A stretch of DNA of 64,000 nt, taken from the NCBI GenBank assembly GCA_963729895.1, contig CAVSQB010000011.1, positions 27,441 through 91,440 on the forward strand, given 5' to 3'. This DNA is from an uncultured Fibrobacterota bacterium (GTDB lineage Bacteria > Fibrobacterota > Chitinivibrionia > Chitinivibrionales > FEN-1185). The translations under genes were made by a program, and so were the position numbers. The notes under the pieces were generated by a model. It did no database searches, was not told the DNA's origin, and saw only the letters and a list, made by a program, of their open reading frames with translations. Positions 27,448 through 36,303 of the stretch are shown here, one piece after another; within the stretch, counting starts at the first letter, position 1; each line of letters opens with the position of its first letter.

Positions 27448-28023
27448 ATGGAACACAAACTGCCGGAATTGCCGTTTGCGAAATCGGCGCTTGCCCCGCA
27501 TCTTTCCCAGGAAACGCTGGAATTCCACCACGGCAAACATCATAACGCCTATGTCAATAATCTCAACAAACTGATAAAGGGCACCGAGTACGAGTCGATG
27601 ACGCTTGAGCAGATTTGCGCCAAGGCGAGCGGCCCCATTTTCAACAACGCGGCCCAGCACTGGAACCACTCGTTCTACTGGCAATGTCTTGCGCCGTCCT
27701 CTTTACAGCCGTCGGGACAGCTTGCAGACGCAATTACGAGGGATTTCAAGTCGCCGGAGGGCCTGCGGGACATGTTCTTCTCCTCGGCGGTGGGAAATTT
27801 CGGTTCCGGGTGGACATGGCTCGTCAAGGGCGGCGACCGGTTGTCTATTGTCAATACAAGCAACGCTGCGATGCCGCAGAAAGACGGCAAGATCCCTGTC
27901 CTGGTGTGCGACGTATGGGAACATGCGTACTACATAGATTATCGCAACAACCGGCAGGCCTATCTGGAAGCGTTCTGGAAGATCGTCAACTGGAAATTTG
28001 CGGAAAAGCAATTTGCGGGATAA
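27448..28023 (+). CDS. sodB: Iron superoxide dismutase
   Basis: LPELPFAKSALAPHLSQETLEFHHGKHHNAYV, FNNAAQHWNHSFYW, GSGWTWLV, DVWEHAYYIDYRNNR. RBS aaggag precedes the ATG. Confidence 0.9.
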   Translation: MEHKLPELPFAKSALAPHLSQETLEFHHGKHHNAYVNNLNKLIKGTEYESMTLEQICAKASGPIFNNAAQHWNHSFYWQCLAPSSLQPSGQLADAITRDFKSPEGLRDMFFSSAVGNFGSGWTWLVKGGDRLSIVNTSNAAMPQKDGKIPVLVCDVWEHAYYIDYRNNRQAYLEAFWKIVNWKFAEKQFAG

Positions 28024-28053
28024 GGGGATTGATTCTTCTTCAGTCAAGAAAAG

Positions 28054-28220
28054 CGGGCGCCCCGCCGCTTTGCGGTGGCAGCCCTCCCTTCGGGCTCGGC
28101 CGAAGCCTCGTTGTCCGCCCGAGTCGCCTGCGGCGAGGGTACCCCCTTCGGGTACTTCCACGGGTCGTCGGCCGGCAATCCCGCGTTGCGGGACCCTGCG
28201 GTCCTGCTTGGCGCGGGAAT
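28054..28220 (+). repeat. R2 GC-rich 3-prime-flank element, copy 2 (longest)
   Basis: Starts 31 nt after the sodB stop. gcgggcgccccgccgctttgcggtgg hairpin module, then ccttcgggctcggccg, gcctcgttg, gggtcgtcggccggcaatc, ccctgcggtcctgcttggcgcggg. Confidence 0.75.
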
Positions 28221-28578
28221 ACGGACCACGCCCCATATCCCTGATTCCCAGATAAGAAAGTGAAAGTGCGAGACGAGGCTCCAGGAGCATCGCGAGGGGT
28301 AAAACGACGGAGCAACCCACCTAACGACATGTTCCCAACCGCCTCTCACTATTCCGTGCAGTTCATCAATTCCGAAACAAAGACAAGCGCAACGGACCGG
28401 CCGTTGGGGATTCACACCTCTGACGACCGGGGAGCCGGCGACCTGCGGAAAGGACGTTCCCGAATGAATTTTGCCGCAGGTGACGGAGAAAAAATCTGGC
28501 GGGAAAACGCGGAAAAGGTATATTATGATTCAGGGATTTCTCACGTTTGTCACCAACCGGAATGAGGGGGTTTGTGGT

Positions 28579-29568
28579 ATGAAGAAGGCTCTTGTTTCAA
28601 GGGGTTTGGCCGTTGCGGCCCAGGTCGGCGTTCTGGCGCTTGGATTTGCGGCTGCGGCACAGGCCGATACGGTGCAGGTGAATATTAAATCGATCCTAAA
28701 TGGTCGTGCCGTTTCCACTTTTTCAAACGGAAAGATCTACACATGGACAATGGGAATTGATGGTGGTGGAACAGGTGACGGATACGTGACACATTCCGTT
28801 GCCGTCCATCTGAACTACACCGGACACACGCTGCCGGACAGCGCGCGGTATCCTGCCAACGCCAATCATCCGACCATGATTCTAAATTTTTCCAATTCAG
28901 ACAGTACCGGGCAACAAACTCATTATATTCTCGGTTTGGATTCAGTCACGTTTCCCGTTCCGCAGGGAAATTACTCGAACCTCTACTTTGCCATGACAAG
29001 TTCGGAGGGAGGTTCTACCTTCAATGTCGTATTGAATTATTCGGATGGCCCTGTTGCTTCAACCGTCAATTTGCCGGACTATGATCAGGGTCTCACCTCT
29101 GGTATTTTCTATGTTGACTCTGCCATGCAGAAGTGGAACAATCAGAACATCCCTGGTGACAACAATGGTCATGCCCTCAACGGCTTCGGCGTTACCGCGA
29201 ATCCGGCAAAGACACTTACGAGTGTTAAGCTTCTTAAGAAAACCAGCAATTACCTTGTCCTTTGGGGCGTCACCGGCGTCGGGACATTTTCGACAGCCGT
29301 GCAACAACCGGCAGCCGTTGGAAAATCAAGATTCCAAGCCGTACGCGCCATTACCAGTAGCGACGGAAAGATCCGGTTTGAAAACATCGCAGCCAATTCG
29401 GAGCTTGCCGTGGTCTCGCTTTCAGGCGCAAAGGCCGCGCACCTGGTTTGTGCGCAAGGCGGCAACTTGGTGTGGAATAACGGTAGAACCGTTCCGCCCG
29501 GCTTATACATCTGCGAAATCAGATCAGGCACGGAAAGCCAAAGGGTGCAGGTGATTGTCGGCAGGTAA
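28579..29568 (+). CDS. Secreted hypothetical protein with a beta-sandwich C-terminal tail
   Basis: Start moved to ATG 28579 (MKKALVSRGLAVAAQVGVLALGFAAAAQA signal peptide). No recognisable catalytic domain. Tail LAVVSLSGAKAAHL..PPGLYICEIRSG. Confidence 0.6.
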   Translation: MKKALVSRGLAVAAQVGVLALGFAAAAQADTVQVNIKSILNGRAVSTFSNGKIYTWTMGIDGGGTGDGYVTHSVAVHLNYTGHTLPDSARYPANANHPTMILNFSNSDSTGQQTHYILGLDSVTFPVPQGNYSNLYFAMTSSEGGSTFNVVLNYSDGPVASTVNLPDYDQGLTSGIFYVDSAMQKWNNQNIPGDNNGHALNGFGVTANPAKTLTSVKLLKKTSNYLVLWGVTGVGTFSTAVQQPAAVGKSRFQAVRAITSSDGKIRFENIAANSELAVVSLSGAKAAHLVCAQGGNLVWNNGRTVPPGLYICEIRSGTESQRVQVIVGR

Positions 29569-29598
29569 GAAAAACATAGTCACGGAAGGTTTGTTTCA

Positions 29599-29635
29599 GC
29601 GAAGGCGGGCCAACGGTCCGCCTTCGTCATTTTTG
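29599..29635. terminator. Bidirectional rho-independent terminator between convergent genes
   Basis: gcgaaggcgg / gccaacggt / ccgccttcgtc followed by a tttt run. Lies between the 29568 stop (+) and the 29651 stop (-). Confidence 0.6.
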
Positions 29636-29650
29636 CGCCGGGGATCTCTT

Positions 29651-30307
29651 TCAGCGTGTCTTGAGCAGCTTAAAGGCATGCGACCACTCGTTGCGAAGAA
29701 GGCCGGGAATGCACCAGAGCATGCACAACGGCTCTATCGCCCTTGCCCCTTCCGCCATTCCCATGTCTTCCGCTTCAAATCCGAACGTTTCCACAATGCC
29801 GCTCACGTCTTTCTTTGCGTTGGCATCGTTGCCGCAAATAAACATCGACGGCTTTGTGCCGCCGAAATCGGGGTTCACCATGAATGCGTTGCCGATGGAA
29901 TTGAATGCCTTCACAAAATGCGCTTTCGGGAACTCCTTTTGTAATTGCTCCATGAGTGACCTGTCGAGCGATGTAAAGAACGCGATGACGCCGTTGACAG
30001 GAGACGCATCCGCGATCGGATTGGTAACGTCAATGACGGTCTTTCCGCTTATGTTTTCCGCTCCCGTCGCCTTCAGTGCCTCCAAAGCGGCCGAACCTTT
30101 CACCGCAAGCACCACGATCTGCGCCCACGCCGCGGTCTCGGGCAAACTTCCAAGCCGGCCTTTTCCGCCTGCCTGCTTCTTCCAATCGGCCAGTTTCTTC
30201 TGGTCTCGGCTTCCGAGCATAACCTCGCACCCGTGCTTTATGAATCCGTTTGCAAGTGTTTGCGCGACCGCGCCTGACCCCAGGATTCCAACTCGTTTCG
30301 CATCCAT
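29651..30307 (-). CDS. NAD(P)-binding oxidoreductase of the NADPH-dependent F420 reductase / ProC-like fold
   Basis: 218 aa. Rossmann motif VGILGSGAVAQTLANGF, VLAVKGSA, GKTVIDVTNP. Confidence 0.65.
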   Translation of the reverse strand: MDAKRVGILGSGAVAQTLANGFIKHGCEVMLGSRDQKKLADWKKQAGGKGRLGSLPETAAWAQIVVLAVKGSAALEALKATGAENISGKTVIDVTNPIADASPVNGVIAFFTSLDRSLMEQLQKEFPKAHFVKAFNSIGNAFMVNPDFGGTKPSMFICGNDANAKKDVSGIVETFGFEAEDMGMAEGARAIEPLCMLWCIPGLLRNEWSHAFKLLKTR

Positions 30308-30594
30308 CGGCTTCCCCTTTTTGCTCGTTAGTTACAATGAACGGCTCGTGCCGCGTTTGGGGGTAAAAAACGCAAAATCCGTGCCACCGGCGGACAGATC
30401 CTTTGGGCGGATTCGGTGCCGGATCGCCCCTATGCCTGCCGGCGGGCCACCAATATACAAACAGCCCTCTCGCAAGGCAAAGGCGCATCCATTCACCCGC
30501 GGTTTTCAGCAACTTCGCGTTTCCAACGTGTCTATCAACTGGAGATTCGCAGACACGCCACTCCTGTAGGATTGTATGCAGTGGTAGTCATGGT

Positions 30595-30618
30595 GCTTCG
30601 CTTCGCTCGCAATGACAC
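30595..30618 (+). repeat. R3 family solo arm (GTCATTGCGAG-type)
   Basis: gcttcgcttcgctcgcaatgacac closely matches the right arm at 37515-37540. No partner arm was found within 150 nt upstream. Confidence 0.65.
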
Positions 30619-30671
30619 ATAGTGTTTTCTATTGCGACCCTGCGGCGCCGTCGGTACAGCCGCTCTCCAAG

Positions 30672-30873
30672 GGTGCCCAAATCATCTTCTCTCCGTATTT
30701 TCTCCCTCTCCCGCTGGGAGAGGGCGGGGTGAGGTCTTCCTTTATTTTATTTCAAGGGTGGTGCCCGGGCGCACCCGGCACTGCTATCCAAAGGCATTCC
30801 TATTTTGTTTCTGGATTCTTGCCGCAACACCACCTATGGGGTCACCCGGCTCAGCCAACCAGAACGCATTTAA
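30672..30873 (+). repeat. R1 composite repeat, longest copy (leader + hairpin module + GGGCGCACCCGGCAC module + GGGTCACC unit)
   Basis: gggtgcccaaatcatcttctctccgtattttctccctctcccgctgggagagggcggggtgagg ... ggtgcccgggcgcacccggcactgctatccaaagg ... ggattcttgccgc..ggggtcacccggctcagccaaccagaacgcattt. Confidence 0.8.
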
Positions 30874-31025
30874 TTTCTTCTTCTTTCCTTTCCATCACCG
30901 CGCGCCCTGGTGCGGTACACGTGTCTCCAATGGATAAATTTGGGACAACCGGAGGCGATTGTTATATTATTAACCCAAGCCAATCACGTATAACAATATC
31001 CCCACCTTCCAAAAAGGAGCAGTGG

Positions 31026-33425
31026 ATGAAGTCAAAGGCTGTAAAGGTACTTGCCGCAGCACTCGTTGCAACAGGACTGGTGCTCATGGGCTGCGCGCCC
31101 TATGCTCAACTCAAGCCCAAACCAGAACTCTCCAATGTCGAGCAAGGGTATATTGAACTCAAGAACGACAAGAAGGATTTCGAGCTCAAGAAGCAGAAGA
31201 AATATGTGATCGCCTTCCCTGCGCCGCAGGAGGACAATTTCTACATCGTGATGAACGTTCCTGCAAAGAAGAAGATGAACAGCTTTCTCTCCAACACCTT
31301 TACGGACAAGAAGACCCCTGGCGAGAAGATAAAAGACGAAACCTTGTGGCCCGATTCGATCGGCGTGTACCCGATCAACACGAAATCCCCCGCGTTCTAC
31401 TGGTTTATGGAGACCGGCGGCGAGGATTTCGTGATGCACATGAGATACCGGTATGCGCCGCAGTGGCGCTTCAAATTCGAGACAAAGCACGCGGAATACA
31501 ACGCGACGCTTGTGCGAAATATTGTTGACAGAAGCGCATACAAGGGCATCGGCAGCACCACGCAGCTCGACGCGTTCAACTTCGGCGTTGCCATCGACAC
31601 GGTAAAGCGCCATGAGGCGGCGCTCGAAGCGGTATACAAGGAACTGCTTGCCATCGAAAGCATTTTCCCCGCGCGGATCGTGAATTCAACCGATCCGGCG
31701 TACCAGAATTACAGGAAACTGCGCTCCGCCCTCGAAGACGAGATGAATTTCCAGAAGGCATACCTCGCGACTCTCGATTTTTTCAACAAAGAAAAGGCCT
31801 CGCGGCAGAACCCGGCCGATTTCATGGCGCGCCTCGATGATTTCATCGGGTATTTCGGCCAGAAAAGCATGCTCGCGCCCAACGTGGTTTCCGAAAGCCA
31901 GCGCGTGCTCAAGAACAGGTTCGACGACGTCATGCCCTTTCTTGCCATGAGAATGTCGGGGAAGGAAGATGCGACGCCGTTCGACAGCGCGCTGTATTTC
32001 ACTCCCCATCTCGGAGGTCTCGTCACGCTGCACGAAAAAGCCGACATTGCCGTTCCGCAGGACCTTTCCCTGATGGTGAAGTATGTAGCCGATTTCGATG
32101 CCAGGGCGAAGACGACCGCAGCGCTCAAGGACACCATGGACCGCATCGGCAAATATGTCAAAGACGGGCCGCAAATGCCCGGCGACGAATTCTTCAAGGG
32201 TATTGTTGAGCGGCTCACGGCGGTCCAGAACGCGGTTCCTGCAAAGATCGACGAACAATACGGCAAGTTTGCGGGATACAAGTGCTCCCAGGCGCTTAAC
32301 GCCGAGACTGCAAAGCTCGGGGCCGACGTTTCCCAGCACCTGGCCGAATGCCGGCAGGCGGAAATGCTGGTGCAGCAGGTCAACATGCTCAAGCTCCAGG
32401 GCGATTACCGAAGCATGGTGGCCCTGCTTGCGCAGGCGAGGCAGCTCGGGTTCCTTATTGACAAATACCGCGACCTCGACAGGCTGTCGGTAGAGCAGCA
32501 AATGAAGACCATTAAAGGAGCGCTCTCGTCCGGCGCGTGGGGCCAGGCCGAGACGGGCCTGCGCACCCTGCACAACGACAACACCTTCCTGAATCCACCG
32601 GGGATCCTGCCGTTCAAACAGGCTGCGGTTCGCGAGCTGGAAGATTCCCTGTACACCGGCGTGGAGCGCCTCACGCGCGCACGCGTCAACAAGTTCTGCG
32701 AGGACAAGGTGGGCGTTTTGGAGAACGTGGATTCACTTTACTCCGACTCGGTGTTTCTCCCGGCCTACAACATCACGTTCTCGTCCGGATCGCAGAACCA
32801 CCTGCTCCAGAAAAAGGACGCGCTCGCCGCCGACCTTGCCAAGCTGAAAGACTACGATTTCCCGGCCAAGGCGATCAAGCTCTGTTACGAGCAGTTCCTC
32901 AAGAACCCCGACGACAACGGCGTGCTCAAGGCGAGGGCCGTGGTAACGCACGGCAACCATTACAAGGGCGACGACAAGGAGATCAAGATCCGTGTTGCGG
33001 AATGCAATCCGCAGTCGGCAAAGAGGATTTCGAAACCCAAGGAATACCGCCGCGTGTTCGCGCTGCCGATCACTGACAACCGCAAGGGCAAGAACAAGTA
33101 CTACATCCGCCTCAACGTGGATATCCCGACAGATGCGAATTTCCCCGTGTACGACGTGAATATCAAGCTGCCCAAGGAGATCGCGCAGAACGCGGCGGCG
33201 AGCCAGTGGTACGACGAGATTTCGCTCAACAAGAAATTGCTCAAGAACGAGGGACGGTTTTCCATCGCCGCCCCGACCGCCTCCAACGATTACGAATGCC
33301 AGATCACGCCGGTGCAGATGAACAAGGACCAGAACAACATTCTTGAGATCAACTTTACTTACCATGCGTTCAAGCCGTTCCTCGTGAGCGTGATGGTGCA
33401 GAAGCCGATCATCAAGAAGAATTGA
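31026..33425 (+). CDS. Large orphan lipoprotein (799 aa), first gene of the ABC locus
   Basis: RBS aaaaaggag, then ATG 31026. Lipobox LVLMGCAP. Lys/Asp-rich N-terminal third and a long helical middle. No domain I can recognise. The track ORF start at 30612 lies in repeat DNA. Confidence 0.7.
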   Translation: MKSKAVKVLAAALVATGLVLMGCAPYAQLKPKPELSNVEQGYIELKNDKKDFELKKQKKYVIAFPAPQEDNFYIVMNVPAKKKMNSFLSNTFTDKKTPGEKIKDETLWPDSIGVYPINTKSPAFYWFMETGGEDFVMHMRYRYAPQWRFKFETKHAEYNATLVRNIVDRSAYKGIGSTTQLDAFNFGVAIDTVKRHEAALEAVYKELLAIESIFPARIVNSTDPAYQNYRKLRSALEDEMNFQKAYLATLDFFNKEKASRQNPADFMARLDDFIGYFGQKSMLAPNVVSESQRVLKNRFDDVMPFLAMRMSGKEDATPFDSALYFTPHLGGLVTLHEKADIAVPQDLSLMVKYVADFDARAKTTAALKDTMDRIGKYVKDGPQMPGDEFFKGIVERLTAVQNAVPAKIDEQYGKFAGYKCSQALNAETAKLGADVSQHLAECRQAEMLVQQVNMLKLQGDYRSMVALLAQARQLGFLIDKYRDLDRLSVEQQMKTIKGALSSGAWGQAETGLRTLHNDNTFLNPPGILPFKQAAVRELEDSLYTGVERLTRARVNKFCEDKVGVLENVDSLYSDSVFLPAYNITFSSGSQNHLLQKKDALAADLAKLKDYDFPAKAIKLCYEQFLKNPDDNGVLKARAVVTHGNHYKGDDKEIKIRVAECNPQSAKRISKPKEYRRVFALPITDNRKGKNKYYIRLNVDIPTDANFPVYDVNIKLPKEIAQNAAASQWYDEISLNKKLLKNEGRFSIAAPTASNDYECQITPVQMNKDQNNILEINFTYHAFKPFLVSVMVQKPIIKKN

Positions 33426-33463
33426 TGGCGAAGGTTTCTTTTCTTATTTAGAAAGGGTATCCC

Positions 33464-35197
33464 ATGAAAAAAGCGATCATCATCGTAGGCGCCGTTCTCG
33501 TGTGCGCGGCCGCGGCGGCCGTGTACTGGTTCGTGTTCCGCAAGGACCTGAGCGACAAGATCATCATCCCCTACATTGCGCACCAGAAGCCGCGTATAGA
33601 TCCCCACGTGCCGAGCCCCGTTCCCATCGCCGACAAACTTGACGAAGTGGTGTTTGACGGCCTGTTCAACGTGTCCGCCAACCCGAGCGGCATCACCTAC
33701 GAAGACGGGCTGGGCGAGTACATGGGCATCGACAAGAACAATGTGGTGAGCGTTCGTCTCAAGCAGGGAAAGAAGTGGCACTCAAGCTGGGCGGTTACCA
33801 GGGACAAAGAAAAAGTCACCATTACGCCCAGGCAGGATGTGCTGTTTTCGGCGCAGGACCTCAAGTTCACTTTGCGGCGCATCCAGAAGCTCGGCAGCCT
33901 CTCGCCCGATTACATCCTCGTCTCCCAGGCCGTGCCGGATTTCGATTTCTCCGGCCCGGACAACGATAACGAGATCAAGTTCCAGTTCAAGGGCGACCGG
34001 CTCTGGGGGGAAGGCGATATCAAGGAGGTGCTGTCCTTCAAGATCCTGCCCGCCAATTCCGAAATGGACGCTCCGGCCTACAACATCGGAACAGGCCCGT
34101 ACCTGCTCACCGGTGACTACGAAGACGTGATTTACTTCCACAAGATGCCCGACGGGACCGCGCCCATCACGAACTTCATACTCAAGCCGTTCATCGACAA
34201 CAGCACCTATACCACCGAACTCAAGAACAGGAATATCAACACGCTGTTGTCGACTCCGTTCGGCGCCATCTCGCCGATCCTGGGCGACAGCACGCAATTT
34301 TTTCACAAGTCAAGCATTGCGACGTGTTTCTTCGCCATCTTCTACAATGTCGAACGGCTCAACCATGATCAGCGGCTCGCGCTTCGCAAGCTTGTCAACA
34401 ACGAAATGGTGATGGACCGATTCTTCAAGATCAATTCTCAGCAGCAGCGCCACATCGCCAATTACAAAGGGGAGGGCGACAATTACGCCGAATACCTGAA
34501 CAACAGCGTGTTCCCCACCACGTCCTACTACGTGGAGGAAAAGGTCGTGACCCCGCTTGCCGCCAAAGATGGCCCCGATCCTTCGGTGCTGCCCGATACG
34601 GTCCGCATCCAGACCTGCCTCAACTACGATTTTCGTGAGGAATTGTCCGACCTTGTGGAAATCCTCAACGACCCGGGCATGTTCCACGGCAAAATCAAGG
34701 TGAGCGCGGTCAGCAACGATGAAATAAGAAAGAGCAATTACGACGCGGTGCTGGTCCCGATATCCGGGTACCGGAGCAACTTTCTGTTCGACCTGTATCC
34801 CATTTTCCTGCGCGAGCCCGATTTCGAGGCGTACCGGATCAACCTGCAGACGCTGGTTGACAGCAAGGGAAAAGAAACGGCGGACCCGAAATGCTTCACG
34901 GCGAACAAAAACTTTTTCCACCTAGATCTGAACGGGTCGTCGTCCGAGCAGGAAGACGTCAAAAAGCTGCTCGACGACATCTACAGCTTCATGTCGACGC
35001 GTGAGATCGGCGACAAACAGGCCTATTCGCAGATGATAGACCAACTGGACCAGAAGCTTGCGCTCGGCTCGTGGTTGTTTTCCCTGCCGTCGCTTGCGTA
35101 CTTCTCAACCCAGTTCGACGACAAGACGATAGATTTGTACGGAACGGCATCGCAGTTGTCAACTGTCAAGAAATGGCAGGAGCGGGCGAAGAAATAA
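33464..35197 (+). CDS. ABC transporter substrate-binding protein, family 5 (Opp/Dpp/Nik type), N-terminally membrane-anchored
   Basis: N-terminal helix MKKAIIIVGAVLVCAAAAAVYWFVF. Family-5-like blocks IDPHV..DKLDEVVFDGLF, VVSVRLKQGKKWHS, FSAQDLKFTLRRIQK. Confidence 0.6.
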   Translation: MKKAIIIVGAVLVCAAAAAVYWFVFRKDLSDKIIIPYIAHQKPRIDPHVPSPVPIADKLDEVVFDGLFNVSANPSGITYEDGLGEYMGIDKNNVVSVRLKQGKKWHSSWAVTRDKEKVTITPRQDVLFSAQDLKFTLRRIQKLGSLSPDYILVSQAVPDFDFSGPDNDNEIKFQFKGDRLWGEGDIKEVLSFKILPANSEMDAPAYNIGTGPYLLTGDYEDVIYFHKMPDGTAPITNFILKPFIDNSTYTTELKNRNINTLLSTPFGAISPILGDSTQFFHKSSIATCFFAIFYNVERLNHDQRLALRKLVNNEMVMDRFFKINSQQQRHIANYKGEGDNYAEYLNNSVFPTTSYYVEEKVVTPLAAKDGPDPSVLPDTVRIQTCLNYDFREELSDLVEILNDPGMFHGKIKVSAVSNDEIRKSNYDAVLVPISGYRSNFLFDLYPIFLREPDFEAYRINLQTLVDSKGKETADPKCFTANKNFFHLDLNGSSSEQEDVKKLLDDIYSFMSTREIGDKQAYSQMIDQLDQKLALGSWLFSLPSLAYFSTQFDDKTIDLYGTASQLSTVKKWQERAKK

Positions 35198-35212
35198 AGA
35201 GGATACAAAATC

Positions 35213-35354
35213 TGGGGCGCCCCGCCGAAAGACGGCGGCGGCCCTCCTTACAGGCTCGGCTGTCGCCTCGTTGCCGGACCGCCCCCAATGCCTAACGGCG
35301 GGGTCGGCCGGTGACGCGCTCTGGCGCGCCTTCCAGTCCGGCCTGGCGCGAAAG
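35213..35354 (+). repeat. R2 GC-rich 3-prime-flank element, copy 3, inside the ABC operon
   Basis: Starts 16 nt after the SBP stop. tggggcgccccgccgaaagacggcgg hairpin module, gcctcgttgccggaccgccc, gggtcggccggtgacgcgc, ggcctggcgcgaaag. Confidence 0.75.
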
Positions 35355-35421
35355 AAGAACAACAATAGCGCTCTCTGCCCTTAGTGGTGCTCACCTGCGA
35401 AGACGGAAGAAAAAAGTACCA

Positions 35422-36303
35422 ATGGCATTTCGATCAACAATTTTACTTCTTCTTTATATCTGTTCCGCCTCATATTCCCAGAAAACCTCAGACTTCATTA
35501 TCCTTGCCCAGCCCCGCGACTACACCATTTTCAACCAATACGAGCAGCCGATTACCGAGGCCGAGAAAAAACTGTTTGCGCCGTTTGCTCCTTTGCAAAT
35601 AAAGAACGATAACGAGGTCCTGGGCGACCAGATAACGCATGCGCTCAGGGCGGTTTTCGAGGGAGAGACCTGGTTTCTCGAGAAGGACGAGAACGGCAAT
35701 CTGCTGGGCGACAAAGGGAAGCAGAACCGGCCGGTCTACAAGAAATGCCTTGTGCTCAACGACACGGTGCAAATCGTAAATGGCCATGCGGTCTGTTTCT
35801 CGGAGAAATTTCCCCCTTCCGGACAGGCCGGATTTCTTGAAAAAGGGGATTTCGTTGAGCGCCTATTTTCCTACGGCGGCTATTGCTGCGTCAAGAGAAT
35901 CGGTGCGCAGGTTCGCTACGGATGGAGTTCATTTGCACAGAAGGCGGCCTGGAAGCGCGTGGAACAGGTTGCGGAGAAGCTGGAGACGGGGCTCACAAGT
36001 TTCCTTTCGGAAAGGATCGTTCAGAGGTTCGCGGCCGCAAACAGGGCCTACAAGGAGTATTTCGACCATTTCAACAAATTGACGAAGCAGGAAAGAAGTG
36101 TCCCCTTCTGGCGTTGCGAGACCAGGGGAAACGAGGTGTATTGTTCGCTGAATGCCCCGTATAATGGGTCGTCCGATCTCGATGAAAGCACGCACTGTCT
36201 TGTGCGCGACATCGAGAACACGCTCATTGGAAAACACTACGTCGTTGTTCCAGGCAAGGGCGCTATGACGATACGGCCCGAAAGCGGAGGCGGCGGGCAA
36301 TGA
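35422..36303 (+). CDS. Exported Cys-rich hypothetical protein
   Basis: Start moved to ATG 35422 (signal peptide MAFRSTILLLLYICSASYSQ); the upstream part of the track ORF is R2 repeat DNA. Eight Cys residues. Its stop overlaps the next start (ATGA, 36300-36303). Confidence 0.6.
   Translation: MAFRSTILLLLYICSASYSQKTSDFIILAQPRDYTIFNQYEQPITEAEKKLFAPFAPLQIKNDNEVLGDQITHALRAVFEGETWFLEKDENGNLLGDKGKQNRPVYKKCLVLNDTVQIVNGHAVCFSEKFPPSGQAGFLEKGDFVERLFSYGGYCCVKRIGAQVRYGWSSFAQKAAWKRVEQVAEKLETGLTSFLSERIVQRFAAANRAYKEYFDHFNKLTKQERSVPFWRCETRGNEVYCSLNAPYNGSSDLDESTHCLVRDIENTLIGKHYVVVPGKGAMTIRPESGGGGQ

Noticed and set aside
28040-28565. Cluster of overlapping 60-205-aa ORFs downstream of sodB
   Set aside because: They are generated by the GC-rich R2 element and its flank. 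They are mutually overlapping in several frames with no coding signal.
30612-31025. 138-aa N-terminal extension of the lipoprotein ORF in the track
   Set aside because: The extension is a translation of the R3/R1 repeat mosaic (..PLPLGEGGVRS.., ..GAPGTAIQ.., ..WGHPAQP..). A good RBS plus a lipoprotein signal peptide begins at ATG 31026.
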